A stretch of 32,000 nucleotides of DNA from Cupriavidus necator (GCF_016127575.1 NZ_CP066019.1:1200001-1232000); one strand, 5' to 3'. Shown: positions 11,047 to 18,607, numbered from the stretch's first letter. Numbers and translations: made by a program. Notes: generated from the sequence alone by a model not told the origin.

Positions 11047-11922
11047 ATGACAACCGAACCAAACACCGTCTATATCTACGCGCTCGCCGACGGCGCCCAG
11101 CACCCGCTGCTGATTGGTGACCTGATGCGCGAGGCCACCGAGCACCGTAATGTGTATGCCGGCCTTCCCGAGGAAGAAGCGGGCGACGCCTCGCTGTTCC
11201 TGGCGCACATTGCAGATGCAGGCGAACCGTGGCTTGCCAGGCTGGATGAACTGGACTTGCTCGCCCCCTGCATGACCCTGATCTGGAGCCGCATCGGGAT
11301 CGACGCGCTCGCCACGCACCTGCGGCAGTTCCTGATCGCCGACCTCGGCGACGGGCTGAACGCCATGGTGCGTTATTTCGATCCGCGCAACCTGCGCACA
11401 GTCATGACGCTGTGGGGCGAAGAGACGACGCACAAGCTGATGGAACCCATTCTCCAGTGGAAGTACCGCGGCCATGATCCCGAGTGGAAGCGACTGGATG
11501 GGCCGCTGAACGGCAATCAGTTCGAGACGACACCAGTTGCCATTGCATTCGATGAGCAGCAGGTTGATGACTTCATGGCGCACTGCGAGCCGGATCAGAT
11601 GCTGGCGGGCCTCGTTGAAGACGGCACCGTACCGGGCGATGGTCCCTACCTGCCGCGCTTCCTGGATTTCGTTGCGCGTTACAAGCGCGTGGCTGCCTGG
11701 CGGCTCATCGAGCCCGCCGACCGCCTTGGGTACTGCCAATACTCGTACCGCTATGGCGCCGACTTTGATCAAGATCCAGACGTGTACCGCGCGTTGGAAC
11801 AACGGATGCACGAGGGCGGCAGCTTCAACGCCTGCATGGCCCATGTTCCTGACTACGTGTGGAAGCGCGTGCTTGCCAGGCAGGCCGATCAACAAGCGGA
11901 GAGAAACGATGACAAGAAATAG
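11047..11922 (+). CDS. DUF4123-family T6SS effector adaptor/chaperone (Tap-1/Tec-like)
   Basis: 291 aa. Family hallmarks recalled from memory: YALADGAQHP..., ASLFLAHI, LATHLRQFLIADLGDGLNAMVRYFDPRNLRTVM. The gene lies directly downstream of vgrG after a 13-nt gap. Confidence 0.85.
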   Translation: MTTEPNTVYIYALADGAQHPLLIGDLMREATEHRNVYAGLPEEEAGDASLFLAHIADAGEPWLARLDELDLLAPCMTLIWSRIGIDALATHLRQFLIADLGDGLNAMVRYFDPRNLRTVMTLWGEETTHKLMEPILQWKYRGHDPEWKRLDGPLNGNQFETTPVAIAFDEQQVDDFMAHCEPDQMLAGLVEDGTVPGDGPYLPRFLDFVARYKRVAAWRLIEPADRLGYCQYSYRYGADFDQDPDVYRALEQRMHEGGSFNACMAHVPDYVWKRVLARQADQQAERNDDKK

Positions 11923-12526
11923 CTTGAATCGGAAGCGCGCACATCGATGGCAAGCCGCACTGGTGTTGCTGGGCGCGCTCGGTGTCCTTTCCGCATGCTC
12001 AGGCGAATCGCGGACTGACTTGGCGGCAAAAACCACGGTTGGAGCTGAGAAGGAGCACGTAAGTCCCGGCAGCGCTCGCGGTCTGAACTACTCGTCCGAT
12101 GCCATCTATAGCTATTACGTCACGGGGCCACGAGGAATGAACGGTGGCGGCGCAAACATGGGGCCTGCATACAAAGAAGGGCCTGCCGAACCTGGCGAGA
12201 TGTGTTGCGTCGGCATCCCTCAGCCATGGAAGCCCGGCACGCAACTACGCATCGAATGGGAGCGCGACCGCAAGCCGTTTGACTACAAGGACAGAAGCGG
12301 GCTGGCGGTGCTGACCGCAACAGTCACCGTGCCGGAATACGGTCCGGATACCTACGGATTCTGGGCGATATTCCTACCGGGGGATCGTGTCAAGGTGATG
12401 GTCATGGACGGCAATGCGAATGGTCACAATTCCGTCAGAACGAAGCCCGCAGATGACGACCCTTTCGTCGTTCAAGGTGTACGTGACGAGGCCCTGACCC
12501 AGCAAGCACTGAAGAGGTTCCAATGA
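11909..12526 (+). CDS. Lipoprotein, copy 1 (candidate T6SS lipase immunity protein; possibly DUF3304-like)
   Basis: ATG 11909 lies inside track ORF 11537..12526 and is preceded by GGAGA. Lipobox LGVLSAC with Cys+1. It overlaps the DUF4123 stop by 14 nt. 205 aa. The DUF3304 assignment is from memory of T6SS lipase loci and has not been verified. Confidence 0.8.
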   Translation: MTRNSLNRKRAHRWQAALVLLGALGVLSACSGESRTDLAAKTTVGAEKEHVSPGSARGLNYSSDAIYSYYVTGPRGMNGGGANMGPAYKEGPAEPGEMCCVGIPQPWKPGTQLRIEWERDRKPFDYKDRSGLAVLTATVTVPEYGPDTYGFWAIFLPGDRVKVMVMDGNANGHNSVRTKPADDDPFVVQGVRDEALTQQALKRFQ

Positions 12527-12529
12527 TGA

Positions 12530-12618
12530 GCGAGGGCGCACCTTCAACGCCTGCATAGCGGACTACGTGGGGAACCGTGTGATCGTCACGCAGGCCGATC
12601 AACAAACGGAGAAGAACG
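12530..12618 (+). pseudogene. Decayed duplicate of the last ~30 codons of the DUF4123 adaptor gene
   Basis: It aligns by eye to 11810-11908. FNACIADYVGNRVIVTQADQQTEKNDENK* matches FNACMAHVPDYVWKRVLARQADQQAERNDDKK*. There is a 1-nt loss upstream and a 9-nt gap, and no start codon. Confidence 0.6.
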
Positions 12619-13275
12619 ATGAGAACAAGTAGCTTGATGCGAAAGCGCCTTCCTTCATGGTTCGCCGCGCTGGTGTTGCTGGGCGCGCTTGGAGCCCTTT
12701 CGGCATGCTCGGGGGAATCGCGGACTGACTTGGCGGAAAAAGCCACCGCTGGAATTGAGAAGGAGCACCTATCGGCCGATACCGCCGGCGGAGCCGCCAA
12801 GGAAGAAATCTATGGGGGTGGGGTGCGCGGGCTGAACTACTCGTCAGATGCCATCTATAGCTTCAGCGTCACCGGGCCGCGGGGCATGAACGGCGGCGGC
12901 GCAAACATGGGGCCTGCATACAAAGAAGGCCCTGGCGAAGCGGGCGAGAAATGCTGTATCGGGATTCCGAAATTCTGGAAGCCAAATACGCAACTGAAGA
13001 TCAAATGGGAGCGTGACCGCAAGCCCTTCGACTACAAGGACAGAAGCGGGCTGGCAGTGCTGACCGCAACGGTCACCGTGCCGGAATACGGTCCGGATAC
13101 CTACGGATTCTGGGCGATATTCCTACCGGGGGATCGTGTCAAGGTGATGGTCATGGACGGCAATGCGAATGGTCACAATTCCGTCAGAACGAAGCCCACA
13201 GAAGACGACCCTTTCGTCGTTCAAGGTGTACGTGACGAGGCCCTGACCCAGCAAGCACTGAAGAGGTTCCAATGA
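12619..13275 (+). CDS. Lipoprotein, copy 2 (paralog of 11909-12526; candidate immunity protein)
   Basis: 218 aa, GGAGA RBS, lipobox LGALSAC. The C-terminal ~95 residues are nearly identical to copy 1. The stop TGA (13273-13275) overlaps the tle1 ATG (ATGA overlap). Confidence 0.8.
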   Translation: MRTSSLMRKRLPSWFAALVLLGALGALSACSGESRTDLAEKATAGIEKEHLSADTAGGAAKEEIYGGGVRGLNYSSDAIYSFSVTGPRGMNGGGANMGPAYKEGPGEAGEKCCIGIPKFWKPNTQLKIKWERDRKPFDYKDRSGLAVLTATVTVPEYGPDTYGFWAIFLPGDRVKVMVMDGNANGHNSVRTKPTEDDPFVVQGVRDEALTQQALKRFQ

Positions 13276-15662
13276 TGACCGCTTTCCGCCTGCCTATTGC
13301 CATGCCGGAAACGGATAAGGGTCGCCTTCCCGAGGGAAAGCGCGCCTACCAGAATGGCAAGACCACCGTGGACGATCCCCATGGCGACTGTGAACAGACA
13401 ATTCACATCAACCTGTTCTTCGATGGCACCAACAACAATGATGATGTCAGAACTCCTGCCCGCTGGCGGGATTCTACCTACAAGACGCATACCAATGTTG
13501 CGCGGTTGTTCCGGGCCTGCCCTACCCGCCCGCAGCAGGGGATCTTCAGTTCTTACATTGCGGGAGTCGGTACGCTCTTTCCCGAATTGGGCGAACACAC
13601 CTATAGCAGTAGTGGCAAGGCTTTTGCGAGCGGCTTTGCCAAACGCTGTGCTTGGGGTTACACGCGCGTGCTGAACGCCGTGTACCAAGCTATGGTTCCG
13701 GGAGACGAAAATGGTCTCATCAAAGATGACGAAGCTGCCAAGATTTGTGCGAAGCTCGACTGGAACCTGGGTTCCTCCCTACTCACTGCCAAGGAGAAGC
13801 ACCTCGGCAGCCTATACGACTCGCTGGTTCGCCAGTGCAAACGCAATCGTCTCGTCAGGAAGGCATACGTCAACGTTTTTGGCTTTTCGCGCGGCGCGGC
13901 GGGCGCCCGAGTGTTCGTCAGCAAGCTGATCAACTACTGGGCCAAGGCCGGGAAGCTGGCGGGCAAGATCGACTACGAAGTCAACTTCCTGGGGCTGTTC
14001 GATACGGTTGCGTCGGTGGGCCCGCCCGAGTCGTTTCAATCCGCCGTGGATCTGGAATACTTCGACGGGCATTTCTGGGCGGCAGGGGGCGGCGCCCTGA
14101 ACATTCCCGCCCAGGTGCGGCGGTGCGTGCATTTCTTCTCCATGCATGAACAACGCATGAGCTTCCCGCTGGATTCCATCCGGAAGGGGAAGAGCTACCC
14201 GGCAGGCGACAGCAAGCTGCTGGAAGTGCCCTACCCGGGCGTCCACTCGGACGTGGGTGGCAGCTACGCGCCGGGCGATCAGGGCAAGTCGGTCAAGGGC
14301 GAGGGCCACCGGTTGGGCAAGATTCCGCTGCACGACATGTACATCGAGGCACTGAAGGTCGGTGTGCCGCTGCGGCTGGTGGATGCCAAGAACGACGAAG
14401 ACCGGATGGATGCGAACAACATGCAGGATTTCGCCATCGACCCTGCCGTCGCCAAGGCCTTCAACGATTGGCGGGCAACCCTGCCCGCCATTGACGGCGT
14501 GGAGAAGGCCCTCGAATTTGGCCTGCGGCAAAGCCTGCAATGGCGCGCCTTGCGCGCACGCTGGCACACCGGCACCTACATTACCAACCAAGGGTTCTAC
14601 CACTATTGCGCGGAGCCGGCGAACAAGCGCGAGGACAGCAAGACTCCCCAGCAACTGCGCACTGACGTGGATAAGGCAAGGAAGGCCGATCCCGTAATCC
14701 AGAAGCTGGAACAGGACAGCATCCAGTTGAAGCTTCAGGTCCAGCAGCTCAGAGACCGCGCAATGTTTCCCCAGACGACTTCGCAGGACATGGCGGGTTT
14801 GACCAAGCGCCGAGCCCTGGAGGCCAAGATTGCCGCGAACGATGCCGCCATCGCCGCGCGGGAGAATGAGCTGATGGCGGAGGCGGTTGGCAAGAACCCG
14901 GCCGACTGCCGCCCTGGGGAAGGTGCCGATGACTTTGTCACCAATGACCGCACCGACTTGCTGGAGGCGGCTGAGGAATTCCAGTTGCTATTGGGATACC
15001 TGCACCCTGAACTTCAGCCCGGCTTGAATGTGCGGAAGGAAATGATGGCCCGGCCGGCTTTTTCACCCATCGGGGCAGCGGAACGGGTCGCCAATGGTTT
15101 CAAGTACCTGGCGATGCCCCGCGCAGAGCGTCCACGCACGGATTCGAAGCTGCTCGTTATGGTCGACGACGATATCTTGACCAAAAGCGCTGCCGTTCGC
15201 GGTTATTGGCCCATCGATGACGTATTGGTGGAACCTGCGCCGGAGATGATCCTCTACCTGAGGGCCACGACCGCTGCCAAGGCCGTGGACGACTTTGCCT
15301 TGCGTGAGAAGGCAGCCATTGAGTTGTTCGATAACTACATCCACGACAGCCGTGCCTGGTTCCGTGTGCCGAATTTCCACGAATACGCACCAGGCGGCTA
15401 CGGGTGGGCCAGGACATTCTTTGTCGGCGACAGCAAGGCAGTGCGGCACCTCGGCATGAGCGCAAAGGGCGTGTTGGACAAGGTGCAAGATACCGCTCTG
15501 GCCGTCGAGCGCGAAATCGATGCCGCCAAGGACAGGGCGATGCGGGCATTGGGCGACGCAGCAGGGCGCGCAGCGGATGCCGCCCGGGATGCAGTCATCG
15601 ATCAAGGCAGGAAGGCCATGGAAAAAGTCATCCCCTCGGGATTCCCGATGCCAAGACTGTGA
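13272..15662 (+). CDS. tle1: T6SS phospholipase effector, Tle1 family (DUF2235 alpha/beta-hydrolase domain) with long C-terminal extension
   Basis: 796 aa. DUF2235 hallmarks: IHINLFFDGTNNN, GxSxG motif VFGFSRGA (Ser206, nt 13887-13889), LGLFDTVASVG (Asp244, nt 14001-14003), PGVHSDVGGSY (His325, nt 14244-14246). GAGG RBS inside the preceding gene. Confidence 0.85.
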   Translation: MMTAFRLPIAMPETDKGRLPEGKRAYQNGKTTVDDPHGDCEQTIHINLFFDGTNNNDDVRTPARWRDSTYKTHTNVARLFRACPTRPQQGIFSSYIAGVGTLFPELGEHTYSSSGKAFASGFAKRCAWGYTRVLNAVYQAMVPGDENGLIKDDEAAKICAKLDWNLGSSLLTAKEKHLGSLYDSLVRQCKRNRLVRKAYVNVFGFSRGAAGARVFVSKLINYWAKAGKLAGKIDYEVNFLGLFDTVASVGPPESFQSAVDLEYFDGHFWAAGGGALNIPAQVRRCVHFFSMHEQRMSFPLDSIRKGKSYPAGDSKLLEVPYPGVHSDVGGSYAPGDQGKSVKGEGHRLGKIPLHDMYIEALKVGVPLRLVDAKNDEDRMDANNMQDFAIDPAVAKAFNDWRATLPAIDGVEKALEFGLRQSLQWRALRARWHTGTYITNQGFYHYCAEPANKREDSKTPQQLRTDVDKARKADPVIQKLEQDSIQLKLQVQQLRDRAMFPQTTSQDMAGLTKRRALEAKIAANDAAIAARENELMAEAVGKNPADCRPGEGADDFVTNDRTDLLEAAEEFQLLLGYLHPELQPGLNVRKEMMARPAFSPIGAAERVANGFKYLAMPRAERPRTDSKLLVMVDDDILTKSAAVRGYWPIDDVLVEPAPEMILYLRATTAAKAVDDFALREKAAIELFDNYIHDSRAWFRVPNFHEYAPGGYGWARTFFVGDSKAVRHLGMSAKGVLDKVQDTALAVEREIDAAKDRAMRALGDAAGRAADAARDAVIDQGRKAMEKVIPSGFPMPRL

Positions 15663-15725
15663 CGGACGCATGATGGCAAATGCACCGCTCTTGCCGCATC
15701 CGTCAATCCTTGAAGGAACGCCAAC

Positions 15726-17033
15726 ATGACAGCATGGCTAGACAAAGATGATCCCGCGCCGCAACGGACACGGCCGCCGAAACCAGGCTCCTCTGCCAGG
15801 CAGGCCGTAACCGGTCAGGAGACTCAGGAACCCGCCACGAAGCTTCTCCCTTCAGCCAAGACCATCGAGGTCCGCATTGCCGAGATCAACGGTGCGCGCA
15901 ATCCCCTGCTGAAAGCCGCCAGGCCGCTGCTGCGCGCACTGGCAGACATCCCGCCCAAGCTGGATAAGCGCGGTGAGGTGGAACGTCTGCGCACCCTGCT
16001 GGAGCAGGAATTGCGCACCTTCCAGGCGGTGTGCGACCGACTGAACATCGACCGCAAACACACCACCGCCGCGCACTACGCACTCTGCACCGCGCTGGAT
16101 GAGGCCGTGAGCCATACCGAGTGGGGCGGCGGCAGTGCGGCTTCGCTGGGCGCATGGCCTGGCAGCGCCCTGGCCTCGACCTTTCACCAGGACCGCGAGG
16201 GCGGCACCAAGGTGTTCCTCATCCTGGGCCGGTTGGTGGAATCGGTGGCCGAGAACATCGGCACCATCGAGGTCTACTACCACATCCTCTCGCTGGGGTT
16301 TCAGGGGCGGTATCGCGGCATGGCGGACGGTGACCAGCAACTGCACGCGATCCGGGGACGCCTGCTCGATGCGATCAGCAAGCACAACGGGCCAGTGCCC
16401 AAGGAACTGTCTTCCCACTCGCAGCCCGCCCCGCCTGGCCGCTTCCATCACCTGAGCGGCATCCCGGTCTGGATGACCTGCACAGCGGGCCTTCTGGCCG
16501 TCGCTGGCCTGGCCGGATACTACAAGTACCAGCTGATGCTCCAGGAGCGTGACGTAGTGCAACAGATCGGGGCCATTGGCAACCTGACTCCACCCCCCGC
16601 ACCGAAGGCGTTGCGCCTGGCCGAGCTGCTCAAGGACGAGATCGCGCGCGGCGTGGTAGCTGTCAGGGACGACAACCACCGCAGCACCGTAGTGTTTCGC
16701 GGCGACGACATGTTCGGCGCGGGCCGGGCCGAGGTCAATGCGAAGCTGACGCCGACGCTGAACAAAGTGGCGGGCGAAATCAATAAGTTGCAGGGCAAGG
16801 TGCAGGTGATCGGCCACAGCGACAACCAGCCCATCAAGAGCGCCCGCTACCCGTCCAACCAGGTCCTGTCCGAGGAGCGTGCCGCCATGGTCAGCGAATA
16901 CCTCGCCAGCCAGGGCGTCGCCAAGAGACGCCTCGAAGCCATCGGCAAAGGCGACACCGAGCCGTTGACGGACAACAAGACCCCCGCCGCCCGCGCGGCG
17001 AACCGGCGGGTGGAAGTGGTCGTCACACAGTAG
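15726..17033 (+). CDS. tssL: TssL/DotU-family protein, long form with C-terminal OmpA/MotB peptidoglycan-binding domain (orphan copy)
   Basis: 435 aa. DotU-like region NPLLKAARPLLRALADIP...YYHILSLGFQGRYRG. Single TM IPVWMTCTAGLLAVAGLAGYY (about residues 246-266). OmpA-like end VIGHSDNQPI...YPSNQVLSEERAAMVSEYL...NRRVEVVV. GAAGGA RBS. Confidence 0.8.
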   Translation: MTAWLDKDDPAPQRTRPPKPGSSARQAVTGQETQEPATKLLPSAKTIEVRIAEINGARNPLLKAARPLLRALADIPPKLDKRGEVERLRTLLEQELRTFQAVCDRLNIDRKHTTAAHYALCTALDEAVSHTEWGGGSAASLGAWPGSALASTFHQDREGGTKVFLILGRLVESVAENIGTIEVYYHILSLGFQGRYRGMADGDQQLHAIRGRLLDAISKHNGPVPKELSSHSQPAPPGRFHHLSGIPVWMTCTAGLLAVAGLAGYYKYQLMLQERDVVQQIGAIGNLTPPPAPKALRLAELLKDEIARGVVAVRDDNHRSTVVFRGDDMFGAGRAEVNAKLTPTLNKVAGEINKLQGKVQVIGHSDNQPIKSARYPSNQVLSEERAAMVSEYLASQGVAKRRLEAIGKGDTEPLTDNKTPAARAANRRVEVVVTQ

Positions 17034-17194
17034 GAAGCTCGGACGCCAAGGCGGGCTATAAAGGGCGGTTGAACCGGCGGCTTTCCCTTCACGCCTTCTC
17101 TCCCGCTACCTGGTTCACCGACAGGGCCTGCGCCGTCTGGATCAGCGGCGCCCGCGCTTCATCCAGGCTGAGGCTGGCACCGAGGCAGCGCAGG

Positions 17195-18499
17195 TTATGC
17201 CCGCGCTGCCTCGGTTGCCGCCGCAGCGCGTGTCCGGCTGACCATCAGCGCCAGCAATGCTGCAACCATGCAGGCCGCACCGGCCGCGTACAGCGCCGGC
17301 GTATAGGTCAGCAGCAGCGTACGGCTCAACCCCGCACCGAACGCTGCTACGGCCGCGCCGATCTGGTGGGCCGCGAAGATCCAGCCGAACACCATCGGCG
17401 CGCGTTCGCGCCCGAAGGCGGTGGCCGCCAGCTTGATAGTGGGCGGCACGGTGGCGATCCAGTCCAGGCCGTAGAACATCGCAAAGATCGACAGGCCGTA
17501 CAGCGTGAAGGTCGAATGCGGCAGCCAGAACAGCGACAGGCCGCGCAGCGCGTAGTACCAGAACAGCAGCTTGCGGCTGTCGTAGCGGTCCGACAGCCAG
17601 CCCGACAGGATGGTGCCGATGAAATCGAACGCACCCATCATCGCCAGCGCCGAGGCGGCCGGCACCGGGCCCATGCCGAAGTCGCCGCACAGCGCGATGA
17701 AGTGGGTCTGGATCAGCCCGTTAGTGCTCAGGCCGCAGATGAAGAAGGTGCCGGCCAGTACCCAGAAGGTCTGGGTACGGGCGGCATCGCGCAGCACCAG
17801 GAAAGGCCCGCGCAGCGTGAACGGCGTGACGGTTTGTGCGGCGGGCGGCGTGGCTGGATGGGCCGGGATATCGCCAAACGCCGCCAGGCCGACATCGGCG
17901 GGTCGGTTGCGCATCAGTGCGAATACCAGCAGCGCCAGCGCCGCGCAGGCAGCCAGCACCGGCAGCACGGCCACGCGCCAGCCCATATGCTCGATCAGCC
18001 AGGCGGCCACCGGCAGGAAGGCCAGTTGCCCCGTCGCCGCGCTGGCCGTCAGGATGCCGATCACCAGCCCGCGCCGCGCGCTGAACCAGCGGTTGGCAAC
18101 CAGGGCCGCCAGCACCAGCGCGGTCAGCCCGGAGCCAACGCCCAGCATCAGGCCCCAGGCGACAAAGAGCTGCCACAACTCGGTCGTCACGGTGGCCAGC
18201 GCCATGCCACCGGCAATCAGCGCCAGCGCGGCGCAGACCACGTTGCGCACCCCGAAGCGATCCATCAGCAGCGCCGAGAACGGTGCCATCAGCCCGAACA
18301 GCGCAAAGCGAAAGGCCAGGATCGATGAGATCTGGTCGGTGTTCCAACCCATCTCCTTGGTCAGCGGCTTAAGGAAGGCGCCAGGCAGGCCAAGCGCGGC
18401 CGAAGTGGTGAGCATCACCAGGAAGGTCAGGGCGGCGACCAGCCACGCGTAGTGGATGCCGCGCCGGTCGAGCCGGCTGGAAAGGGCTTGCGCGAACAT
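17195..18499 (-). CDS. MFS transporter
   Basis: Polytopic membrane protein with an MFS-like N-terminal half (...LMDRFGVRNVV...). I prefer ATG 18499 (MFAQALSS...) over the track's TTG at 18544, but the start is uncertain. It converges on the T6SS island. Confidence 0.8.
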   Translation of the reverse strand: MFAQALSSRLDRRGIHYAWLVAALTFLVMLTTSAALGLPGAFLKPLTKEMGWNTDQISSILAFRFALFGLMAPFSALLMDRFGVRNVVCAALALIAGGMALATVTTELWQLFVAWGLMLGVGSGLTALVLAALVANRWFSARRGLVIGILTASAATGQLAFLPVAAWLIEHMGWRVAVLPVLAACAALALLVFALMRNRPADVGLAAFGDIPAHPATPPAAQTVTPFTLRGPFLVLRDAARTQTFWVLAGTFFICGLSTNGLIQTHFIALCGDFGMGPVPAASALAMMGAFDFIGTILSGWLSDRYDSRKLLFWYYALRGLSLFWLPHSTFTLYGLSIFAMFYGLDWIATVPPTIKLAATAFGRERAPMVFGWIFAAHQIGAAVAAFGAGLSRTLLLTYTPALYAAGAACMVAALLALMVSRTRAAAATEAARA

Positions 18500-18607
18500 G
18501 GGGGTCTCGTTGTCAGGGTCCGGGAAGGCGTTGGCAAAGGGCAAAGCGAAGCCATCCCCGCCGTGTCTGACGGCGGCGGGGTGTCTCAGCCTTGGGGAAA
18601 ACGGGGT

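Larger units (their letters stand above)
11808..13278 (+). repeat. Tandem (head-to-tail) segmental duplication, two units of ~722 and ~749 bp
   Basis: Unit 1 spans about 11808-12529 and unit 2 about 12530-13278. The offset is 710 nt at the lipoprotein ATGs and 749 nt at the 3' ends, because copy 2 has 13 extra codons. Within 12323-12529 versus 13072-13278 there are only 2 mismatches. Confidence 0.85.
8183..17194. other. Lower-GC accessory island carrying an orphan T6SS vgrG-effector operon
   Basis: Hand counts of individual 60-nt lines give 45-57% GC inside (for example lines starting 9001, 13381, 14701) versus about 70% in the flanks (for example line 20401). All six genes are co-oriented and closely packed or overlapping. 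No integrase or transposase was seen. The boundaries are approximate. Confidence 0.6.

Noticed and set aside
9927-12036. Minus-strand ORFs 9927..11066 (379 aa) and 10993..12036 (347 aa) inside the T6SS island, plus 13812..14654 (-) and 15852..16817 (-).
   Set aside because: They are antisense to vgrG, the DUF4123 gene, tle1 and tssL, which all carry strong family signatures. No motifs and no RBS were found.
12523-12558. Short ORF ATGATGAGCGAGGGC... (MMSEGAPSTPA*) right after lipoprotein copy 1.
   Set aside because: It is a by-product of the duplication junction: a copied tle1 start codon fused to the decayed adaptor tail. At 11 codons it is not a gene.
17092-17193. Minus-strand frame downstream of the MFS stop with G/C-rich third positions (...LSLDEARAPLIQTAQALSVNQVAGEKA*), possibly a gene remnant at the island edge.
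   Set aside because: It has only ~34 codons, no start and no recognisable motif. High GC3 in one frame is common by chance here. The 12-bp hairpin CCGAGGCAGCGC (17180-17191) / GCGCTGCCTCGG (17203-17214) overlapping the MFS stop was noted but is not a clear terminator.
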